A DNA stretch of 64,000 nucleotides from an uncultured virus (IMG/VR IMGVR_UViG_3300009512_000012). Its lineage: Duplodnaviria; Heunggongvirae; Uroviricota; Caudoviricetes. The DNA is taken from the IMG/VR virus record IMGVR_UViG_3300009512_000012. One strand, written 5' to 3'. Below, piece after piece: positions 57,074 to 64,000 of the stretch. The position numbers and the translations under genes are program-made. The stretch's first letter is position 1, and the number at the start of each line of letters is the position of its first letter. A model generated the notes under the pieces. It ran no database searches and was not told where the DNA came from. It was given only the letters and a program-made list of their open reading frames with translations.

Positions 57074-58433
57074 ATTTCCCTCCACTATTTGACTTATCAA
57101 ATACAGGTATTTCATTATCTTGACCACTATCAGATAAATCTTGAGCGTTAAGTTCTACGTCATACAGTTTCATTTTAGACCTGTCAATTCCTAATACAAA
57201 TCTCTTATTTACAGTAGGGTCATTATATCTGTTTTTCAATTGTTTTACAGATATCTGATTTAACTCATCCATTTCCTCTGTCGAGATAAGAGCAAACATA
57301 AAGTCTGCTGTCGCAGGCAATCCAAAAGATTCTGATGTATCTTCAAGTCCAATATCAGTTGACACAAAACCACTTCTAGTTGTCTGTGTAGCAGATACAA
57401 TAGGTAGATTACACTCTACAGCAAGGCCTCTAAGTTCCTCTGCGATTGCTTTAATGATTGTGTAAGAGTTTACATTTGAGCCACCTTTAAAACGACTTGA
57501 AGCACATATATTTAAATAGTCTACAAAGATAATGTCTGGTTTAAAACTTTTCTTTATTGATAGTTCTTGTATTAATGCACGAAAGTGATTTGTATGTGCC
57601 GATGCAGTTGGATATTCTTTAATGATAAGTTGACCAACATTCTTATTAGTAATTGCTTCAATCTTATCTTCATACATCTTTTTAGGTAAGTCATGAAGAT
57701 TGTCTATACTGACATTCATAAGATTTGCATCTATTCTTTCTGCGATTCTTTCCTCTGCCATTTCTAAGGTGATGTATAAAACATTACGACCTTGACTAAT
57801 ACAGTTTGCAGCCATATGACACATAAACAAAGATTTACCTACACCTGTACCTGCAAGTGCAATGTTTAATGTTTTTTGTGGAAGTCCACCTTTTGTAATT
57901 TTGTTAAAGTAATCTAAATCAAAAGGTATTCTTTTTTCTATACGATGATAATAGTCAAAACGATTCTTAGCGTCTTCAATATAATCATGGCCAACTCTAT
58001 TGTCAAATGAAACTGCTAGTGCATCTGTTAATAAACTAGGCAGTACATCAGGTGTCTTATTTTTATCTCGACCTTCAATGATACCAATACCTTCAACGAT
58101 TGCATTGTAGATTGCTTTGTCTTTACAGAATTTTTCTGTAGTATCAATTAACCATTCGTTATCAACTTCATTGCTAGTAAAATCACCAACAATAGTTGTA
58201 ATCTCTTTATATTGTTGTTCTGAAATATCTTTTCGATTATTCAGTTCAACTTCTAAAGAAGTCTTAGTAGGAAACTTAGAATATTTTGTAGCAAAGGATA
58301 CAATTTCTTCAAAAACTATTTTTTCATTTTTATCTTGAAAATAATCTTTTTTTATAAATGGTAAAACTTTTCTAGCATAATCCTCATTCGTTATCAGATT
58401 TTGTAGTATCGTTAATGTTATATTTTTCATCAA
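57045..58433 (-). CDS. gp41: replicative DNA helicase gp41
   Basis: LAGTGVGKSL, ITLEMAEE, VDYLNIC, SATQTTRSG, SESFGLPATAD. Confidence 0.97.
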   Translation of the reverse strand: MMKNITLTILQNLITNEDYARKVLPFIKKDYFQDKNEKIVFEEIVSFATKYSKFPTKTSLEVELNNRKDISEQQYKEITTIVGDFTSNEVDNEWLIDTTEKFCKDKAIYNAIVEGIGIIEGRDKNKTPDVLPSLLTDALAVSFDNRVGHDYIEDAKNRFDYYHRIEKRIPFDLDYFNKITKGGLPQKTLNIALAGTGVGKSLFMCHMAANCISQGRNVLYITLEMAEERIAERIDANLMNVSIDNLHDLPKKMYEDKIEAITNKNVGQLIIKEYPTASAHTNHFRALIQELSIKKSFKPDIIFVDYLNICASSRFKGGSNVNSYTIIKAIAEELRGLAVECNLPIVSATQTTRSGFVSTDIGLEDTSESFGLPATADFMFALISTEEMDELNQISVKQLKNRYNDPTVNKRFVLGIDRSKMKLYDVELNAQDLSDSGQDNEIPVFDKSNSGGKYAKFQGIKV

Positions 58434-58674
58434 TCACTTCCATTAATATGTCGCCAATGAGTTTAAAAAATTCATCATTGAACTGGTCTCTCGGTATTGC
58501 GTTATTCTCAACAATATCATATTCAAATTCCATTGTCAAGGAATCATTTTTAACAACAGGTGTAACTTTGCCATACTTGTAAACTACACCTGCATATTTA
58601 CCTGTATTGATTCCAATACAAGTTTGGTCTTTATACTTTTCAGTTTCTATATAACTAAAAGTTTTTTCGTCCAT
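58384..58674 (-). CDS. conserved protein between uvsX and gp41 (gp40 position)
   Basis: GVVYKYGKV, IGDIL motifs; synteny. Confidence 0.6.
   Translation of the reverse strand: MDEKTFSYIETEKYKDQTCIGINTGKYAGVVYKYGKVTPVVKNDSLTMEFEYDIVENNAIPRDQFNDEFFKLIGDILMEVIDEKYNINDTTKSDNE
58511..58539 (-). promoter_or_regulatory. intragenic sigma70-type promoter upstream of gp41
   Basis: TTGACA-N17-TATTGT with extended TG. Confidence 0.5.
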
Positions 58675-58958
58675 TAAGTTACTAATCCACTTACAACTTC
58701 CGTATATGCTTTTGTGATGTTTGGGTTACTTGGTGTAACTAATATTACTCCACCACTACGAAAACAAACTGACTTAGGATTTTCTTCAGCAGTCATACAA
58801 ACTCCTCTTGCAAATCCCATTGTTCCTTTTTCAGTGCCTACCATCATTTTAGGACTAGTGAGATGAACACCTGTTTCATCATTCTTTTCTAGTCTTCCAA
58901 TAAATTCACCGTGTGGTGTTAACACAGTTACTAAATCACCTTTTTTAAGTTCACTCAT
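58674..58958 (-). CDS. Sm-like fold small protein
   Basis: [17 protein letters not shown]...L..P; SGLVT C-terminus. Confidence 0.6.
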   Translation of the reverse strand: MSELKKGDLVTVLTPHGEFIGRLEKNDETGVHLTSPKMMVGTEKGTMGFARGVCMTAEENPKSVCFRSGGVILVTPSNPNITKAYTEVVSGLVT

Positions 58959-59991
58959 TATTATCTCCATATAAAAATTCTTTGGCCGCAGCCTCATCTA
59001 GTTGTTTCATAATTTCATCTGTAAAGTATTTTTCTGGGTTGTCATTAATTGACTTACCGAAAACTTTACTGCCATCTGGTAACTCAAACTTTGTAGATAC
59101 TTTTTTGAATATATTATGTTTTTCTGCAAGTGCAAGTAAACCATAGTACTTATCAAGTCCTTTAGAATAAGTAAGTCTAACTTCACATTGAGAATTTTCT
59201 TTTGTTAATCTAGACTTTTGATTCTTTGCTTTGATAATATTACCAACAACTTCCGTTCCGTCTTTTTCCTTTTTCTTACTAAGATACACAATACTACTTG
59301 CGGCATATTTTAGTCCACTTCCACCACCCATTTCTTTCATAGGTACATATGAACCTACAACATCATAAGTATGATTTGTTACAACCATTGGAACTTTTGC
59401 TTTTCCTAATTTTAAAGTTAATATTCTAAATGCAGCCTTGAGAACTTGAGCTCTTGTCATATCTCTTGTTTCTTTACCTTCGGCAGTATCTTCTACTTCT
59501 TTTGTAGTTGATAACATACCTAAAGAATCAAGACACATAAACATAGGTCGTTTTACATCAACGTCTTGCTGTGTGTATCTATCAAGAACTTTAATTGCCT
59601 GATGTCTAAACTCTTGAACAGTTGCAACAGGTAAGACAACTAATCTTGATGCATCAATACCTCTATCAGTTATCATTTTCTTTGTAATTGCTGATTCAGA
59701 TTCAAAGTACACAACACCACCTTCTGGGTTTGCGTCTAAGAAATGTTTAACTATTCCCATAAGAAAATATGTTTTACCAGTAGCAGATTCACCTGCTAGT
59801 GCTGTAATTTTGTTTTGAGGAAGTCCACCATAAATTGAACCACTTAACATTCCATTTAATATATAAGACCCTGTGTCAATAAAATTATCGACATCACCAG
59901 AATCAATTCCGTCATCTGCCAAGTTAGCATATTCGTTGCCAGATGTTTTAATAATCTCTTTTAGGAAATCATTGTTAGTATCTTTACTCAT
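58951..59991 (-). CDS. uvsX: UvsX recombinase (RecA-like)
   Basis: [38 protein letters not shown]. Confidence 0.96.
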   Translation of the reverse strand: MSKDTNNDFLKEIIKTSGNEYANLADDGIDSGDVDNFIDTGSYILNGMLSGSIYGGLPQNKITALAGESATGKTYFLMGIVKHFLDANPEGGVVYFESESAITKKMITDRGIDASRLVVLPVATVQEFRHQAIKVLDRYTQQDVDVKRPMFMCLDSLGMLSTTKEVEDTAEGKETRDMTRAQVLKAAFRILTLKLGKAKVPMVVTNHTYDVVGSYVPMKEMGGGSGLKYAASSIVYLSKKKEKDGTEVVGNIIKAKNQKSRLTKENSQCEVRLTYSKGLDKYYGLLALAEKHNIFKKVSTKFELPDGSKVFGKSINDNPEKYFTDEIMKQLDEAAAKEFLYGDNNE

Positions 59992-60268
59992 AGATTTTAC
60001 CCTCCTTAGTAATTTTGGTTAGTTTATTTTTTTTAATATCATACATACTATTATTTGGTATGTCTCTAGTATCAAGAACTTCTTTAATGTATTGTTTAAA
60101 AAGTTCAGCACCTTTAAATCCTTTTTCAGGTGGATAGATGTTATCTTCATTTTTCATAAAGAATAAACACATCTTTGCTACGTCTTCAAATTTAACTGCA
60201 ATACCATTAAATAACATAATGCAATCCTTTTCAGACTTTCTTCCTTTAATAAATTTAAAGTTACTCAT
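59984..60268 (-). CDS. hypothetical protein
   Basis: 94 aa; NEDNIYPP; coupled to the CmoA-like gene. Confidence 0.6.
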   Translation of the reverse strand: MSNFKFIKGRKSEKDCIMLFNGIAVKFEDVAKMCLFFMKNEDNIYPPEKGFKGAELFKQYIKEVLDTRDIPNNSMYDIKKNKLTKITKEGKIYE

Positions 60269-60975
60269 TTGACTGCAATCGCACCTAAAAAATTATGATT
60301 ACGCCAAAAGACTTGTACATTTTTAAACCCTGCACCTGTTAAGAAACTACTGATTTCAGGCCAAGTGTTTGGTTTTAACATATGTCTTAATGTTTTTTCT
60401 TTATCAAGAATATCTTTATCATCAAAGTGTTCTCTCTTATGGTCATAGTACATAAAAGTTAACATGTCTTGTAAGTTTGCATTTTCAGCATAAACTTTTT
60501 CTGCGAATACAAATGCACCACCTGGGTTAAGACTATTGTATATTTCTCGTATAAGTTTTTCTCTGTTTTTCTTTGGCATAAACTGTAAAGTAAAAATAGA
60601 TGTTATAAAGGAATAGTTTCTACTCCATGAATGGTCTCTAATATCTTTTTCTTGAAATGATACTACCGGAAAATCACTTTTACCAGTCATGGCAAAAATT
60701 TCTTTTGACCTTTTTGAAAGGTCTTCTTTAAAACCTTCTGCGTACTCGATACCTTCATAGAAAACATTTTTTTTATGTGGAAAGTTTTCTTCAATAATTC
60801 TTTTTGTAAGTTTACCAGTTGAACAACCAATGTCCATAACAAAACTGCTTTCTTCAACAAAGTATCTTGAAAATGATACAACATCATTCATTAAGTCTCT
60901 GTATCCTCTAATTGATTTATCGATATGATTATCGAATCCTTCTTCTCTATGTGCAAATGTAAAATCGTTTGTCAT
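60265..60975 (-). CDS. CmoA-like carboxy-S-adenosylmethionine synthase
   Basis: FDNHIDKSIRGY, DIGCSTG, FTLQF, L.PGGAFVFAEK, FW...NF...IA.K match the CmoA pattern. Confidence 0.8.
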   Translation of the reverse strand: MTNDFTFAHREEGFDNHIDKSIRGYRDLMNDVVSFSRYFVEESSFVMDIGCSTGKLTKRIIEENFPHKKNVFYEGIEYAEGFKEDLSKRSKEIFAMTGKSDFPVVSFQEKDIRDHSWSRNYSFITSIFTLQFMPKKNREKLIREIYNSLNPGGAFVFAEKVYAENANLQDMLTFMYYDHKREHFDDKDILDKEKTLRHMLKPNTWPEISSFLTGAGFKNVQVFWRNHNFLGAIAVK

Positions 60976-62111
60976 TATATATTCCTCAATACTTTCTCAT
61001 ACATCGATGTTGCAAGACGACCCATCATAAGACTTGGTACCATTCTACCACATCGTTCTGCCTTTTGAGCCCACTTACCTGTTAGTCTAAAATCATCTGG
61101 TAATGAAGTTACTCTTTTCAGTTCACCCAATGTAAACTTTCTGTCATCATTCCAATGACAAACTCCAGCAGTTTTTTCTGTAGCACCCATTGCAGTAATT
61201 GTAGGTGACGGCTGAAACTCTGAAGCAATCTTTAAATTAAAATGCCATCCTTTAGGATGATAGTCTGTACCAGTAATAACCTTCTCAGGATTTCTTGGCA
61301 TTAATGTACATGTTTGTTTATAGTATGCTGTGTCTTTCCACTTAGTAGTAAGCATATCAAGTTCTTCTTGGTCATATTCCAAACCATCGAATGCACCTTG
61401 TAAAGTAGTAATTGTTTTATTCTCTTGTGGAAATAATGATGATAAAGTCATAAAGTTTAATCCTACTTTATCCATAATATCATCTCTTACTGCCATAAAA
61501 AAAACTCTTCGTCTTCTTTGTGGAACACCAAACTTAGAACAGTCATGTACTTTTGCAACTACTTGATATCCAATGTCTTCAAATGTATTTAGAATTTTAT
61601 TAAAATATTGTTTTGCTTCACCAACTGTAAGACCTTCAACATTTTCTGCAATGATAGTCTTTGGCCTAATGACTTCAGCAACTCTTAAAAACTCAAAGAA
61701 TAAATCCTCAATATTAGTTACTTTTTTGCCATCTGAATAATTTTTAGTTTTACCAAAGCCATCACTATGAACAGTACCTTCTCTTGCGAGAGTACCACAC
61801 ATACTAAATGCAGAACAAGGTGGACTACCATCAAGTAATTCTAATTCACCCTCTTTTAGTTTTGTTAGTTCTAGAAAGTCTTTACCTGATAACTCTTTAA
61901 TATCGCCATCAAGTATAGGTGTGTTAGGATAATTATCTCTGTAAGTATTTCTTGCCTCTTCGACAAATTCATTGATTGCAAGTATCTTTCCACCTGCAAG
62001 TCTGTAACCTGTGGACGAACCTCCACCTCCAGCGAAAGTAGAGATTACTCTAAACTTTTCTAATGCTTCTCCAGCATAAACGTCTTTAAGTAAGTAGGGT
62101 TTGTATTTCAT
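60975..62111 (-). CDS. C5 cytosine DNA methyltransferase-family enzyme (putative carboxymethyltransferase)
   Basis: FAGGGG (motif I), GSPPCSAFS (IV), ENV (VI), PQRRRR (VIII); motif X reads CGRMVP instead of GNAVP. Confidence 0.88.
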   Translation of the reverse strand: MKYKPYLLKDVYAGEALEKFRVISTFAGGGGSSTGYRLAGGKILAINEFVEEARNTYRDNYPNTPILDGDIKELSGKDFLELTKLKEGELELLDGSPPCSAFSMCGTLAREGTVHSDGFGKTKNYSDGKKVTNIEDLFFEFLRVAEVIRPKTIIAENVEGLTVGEAKQYFNKILNTFEDIGYQVVAKVHDCSKFGVPQRRRRVFFMAVRDDIMDKVGLNFMTLSSLFPQENKTITTLQGAFDGLEYDQEELDMLTTKWKDTAYYKQTCTLMPRNPEKVITGTDYHPKGWHFNLKIASEFQPSPTITAMGATEKTAGVCHWNDDRKFTLGELKRVTSLPDDFRLTGKWAQKAERCGRMVPSLMMGRLATSMYEKVLRNI

Positions 62112-62929
62112 ATAAAACTTTCAAGTGTGCCTTTTGATTGAACTATATTAGACCAATCTCGACATACATCCATTATTCTTTTTCTATTGTATAGGTTTAT
62201 CTCTCTATTGTCAAGGAGTTTTTCAAAAATAATTGGTATATCTGCAACTAATTGTAAATTCAAGTGTTTCTTGAGTTTTAACTCATCAAACTCAGGATAA
62301 TGTTGTCTAATTAAGTGTTTTTCATAAGGTTTATTGATACCATCCCAATCAAACTGTATGAAATAATCAAACACTTCCTTATTTAAATAAGGGGCAATAA
62401 AGATTTTATCGTACTTTTTACTCAATAGTTCTAATTGTCGCACCCCAGCTGGATTATCAATTTTAAAGTAATCAGTTCTAAATTTATCAAACTTTTCTTT
62501 TGTGTGTTTGAAATGTATCATTGCCTTTTTACTTAAACCATAATGGCCATCAGCGGCAACACCAGATATAACAACTTTTTCCTTTATCTTTGGAAACATG
62601 TATAAAAATGGCCAAGTACATTCAAAGTGAACTTTCTTTTTACAATTCATTTCATAAGCCATCATTTTAAAGTCTTCAACCAAATTATCTATTGGTACTG
62701 CAACACTTGTAAATGGAATATTAAACTTTTCGCAAACCTCTTGTGCCTTTAGTGAATCATATGTAGGATTGCCTTCTATGTGAAAAGAGTAACCATGAAC
62801 GGATAGACCTAGTTTGTACGATGTAAATAAACAAGTATTACTATCAACACCACCAGAGAGCAACACAGCGATATCATTATTTTCATTTCTTTCCTTTTGT
62901 ATAATATTTTCTAATAATTTATTAATCAT
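62108..62929 (-). CDS. asparagine-synthetase-like ATP-dependent amide ligase (synthetase domain only)
   Basis: PP-loop LLSGGVDS, SGVAADGHYG, APYL, K..IR; no glutamine amidotransferase domain. Confidence 0.8.
   Translation of the reverse strand: MINKLLENIIQKERNENNDIAVLLSGGVDSNTCLFTSYKLGLSVHGYSFHIEGNPTYDSLKAQEVCEKFNIPFTSVAVPIDNLVEDFKMMAYEMNCKKKVHFECTWPFLYMFPKIKEKVVISGVAADGHYGLSKKAMIHFKHTKEKFDKFRTDYFKIDNPAGVRQLELLSKKYDKIFIAPYLNKEVFDYFIQFDWDGINKPYEKHLIRQHYPEFDELKLKKHLNLQLVADIPIIFEKLLDNREINLYNRKRIMDVCRDWSNIVQSKGTLESFI
62186..62214 (-). promoter_or_regulatory. intragenic sigma70-type promoter upstream of the MTase and CmoA-like genes
   Basis: TTGACA-N17-TACAAT. Confidence 0.65.
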
Positions 62930-63147
62930 CTTTTCCTCCTAAAGTATCTCCTCCATAATGCTGACCTTGTCATTGACACTATGGTAAATATTATTGCAAT
63001 TTGAAAATTCTCAAAAATAGTAGGATGCATATCAAACAATGGAAACACAGTTAGTTGTATTATAATGGCTAAAAAGAAACCACTACCTACATCTATTACA
63101 CTTTCAATTATATCTCTATTGCCAAACATCAAAACTCTCTTTACCAT
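62926..63147 (-). CDS. small two-TM membrane protein
   Basis: ESVIDVGSGF...QL.VFP.F...R..WRR.F. Confidence 0.65.
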   Translation of the reverse strand: MVKRVLMFGNRDIIESVIDVGSGFFLAIIIQLTVFPLFDMHPTIFENFQIAIIFTIVSMTRSALWRRYFRRKR

Positions 63148-63259
63148 GAACTATACCTTCGATATTGCATATATCAATAGGATTAATTTGTACACTTCGT
63201 AAAGAAGAAAGTTTATCAATTGCACCTGATGATTGTTCTTTCCTAATACTATTTAGCAT
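63116..63259 (-). pseudogene. internally deleted radical SAM gene remnant (47 aa)
   Basis: LRSVQINPIDICN joined to IEG...GKESFDVW; TAATG-coupled to gp43. Confidence 0.45.
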
Positions 63260-64000
63260 TACGAAAAGAAGTCCTCTAAAGAACCTGATGTACCATAAGT
63301 TCTATCAACATTCCAATGAATCTTTTCAATAATAAAGTTTAATGGTTCAATAAATGATTTTTCAAACTGCAATTCATAATCAACTTTAAAGTCAAGTTGT
63401 TTAGGAAGTTTTGTAATAAACGAAATGGCTGATGATTGATATATATTTGGAAGTTTAAGGTATAAGAATTTAATTTTATCACCCTCGTTGATATAAGGAA
63501 AAATATTTCCTAAATTGTTTTTCTTAATTAAATGATTGTAAAGAATACCACCCTTAACATGTATGGGAGCACCTTTTTTAAATAACGTGTGTGTCTCTGA
63601 CCATTTACCTATACCATTTACACTTCTAGGATATGCAATCTCTTCAGGTGCAAGTGTAAGAAACTTTTTACGAAAGTCTTGTATAAATGTATTTAATTCT
63701 TTTTCATCACCAGACATCATAATCTTTAATGCCTCTTTAATCTTTGCACGACAAGGTGCTGGTGTTGATGACTTAACTGCTTCAATACCCATAATCTTTA
63801 GAGTTGGTTCTTTGTAACGTACTCCTTCAACATCCCATGCATTGAGGATATATCTTTTCTTTGCAGTCCAAATACCTTTATCAGCAATTACTTCTCGTTT
63901 CATTTGCATTTTATTTTCATATGCATGAAGATAATCAGCAAGTTCTTGATATGATTTATCAATGAAAGGTTCTATCTTTTCTTTTGCGATGGTATTTAAA
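63259..64000 (-). CDS. gp43: family B DNA polymerase gp43, C-terminal part (runs off the window)
   Basis: MKREVIADKGIWTAKKRYILN, KIMGIEAVKSSTP, GDKIKF. Confidence 0.97.
   Translation of the reverse strand, partial: LNTIAKEKIEPFIDKSYQELADYLHAYENKMQMKREVIADKGIWTAKKRYILNAWDVEGVRYKEPTLKIMGIEAVKSSTPAPCRAKIKEALKIMMSGDEKELNTFIQDFRKKFLTLAPEEIAYPRSVNGIGKWSETHTLFKKGAPIHVKGGILYNHLIKKNNLGNIFPYINEGDKIKFLYLKLPNIYQSSAISFITKLPKQLDFKVDYELQFEKSFIEPLNFIIEKIHWNVDRTYGTSGSLEDFFS

Noticed and set aside
35811..59991. Introns or inteins in nrdA, nrdB, gp61, gp41, uvsX
   Set aside because: All are uninterrupted and of ordinary length; no splicing or homing-endonuclease motifs noticed.
60265..60975. CmoA-like gene as a tRNA cmo5U modification gene
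   Set aside because: No CmoB in the window, and the gene is coupled to a DNA MTase with a basic motif-X residue, so DNA modification fits better; a tRNA role is not strictly excluded.
1..64000. Stop-codon reassignment
   Set aside because: Core genes are intact in the standard code; TAA, TAG and TGA all end genes; no suppressor tRNA.

Overview
A 64 kb, AT-rich, densely coding, mostly minus-strand segment of a T4-like myophage genome. The alphaproteobacterial-type two-piece tmRNA, bS21 and curli-like genes suggest a marine alphaproteobacterial (SAR11-like) host; this is inference. Core genes: baseplate/tail gp27-like, gp53, gp48, gp4, gp2, gp54, gp26, gp51 and gp29-like; replication and expression gp32, gp59, gp33, RNase H, NrdA, Grx-NrdB, gp61, gp41, UvsX and the 3' part of gp43; lysis genes; three tRNAs (Asp, Thr, Ala); sigma70-type early and TATAAATA late promoters. 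Main hunting results: (1) an operon of asparagine-synthetase-like amide ligase, C5 cytosine MTase with Arg in place of the motif-X Asn, and CmoA-like carboxy-SAM synthase, which predicts carboxymethyl-cytosine DNA modification followed by amidation; (2) a CsgF/CsgG/curlin/FecR/CHASE2-adenylate-cyclase cluster resembling a trans-envelope signalling device; (3) a probable -1 frameshift fusing gp26 and gp51; (4) putative capsid-packaged, protease-processed polyproteins with NTase, ligase-like, HAD and kinase domains; (5) two candidate structured RNAs; (6) apparent GATC avoidance, leaderless early genes, internally deleted gene remnants and a metallothionein-like microprotein. All calls come from motif recognition by eye; no database searches were run.
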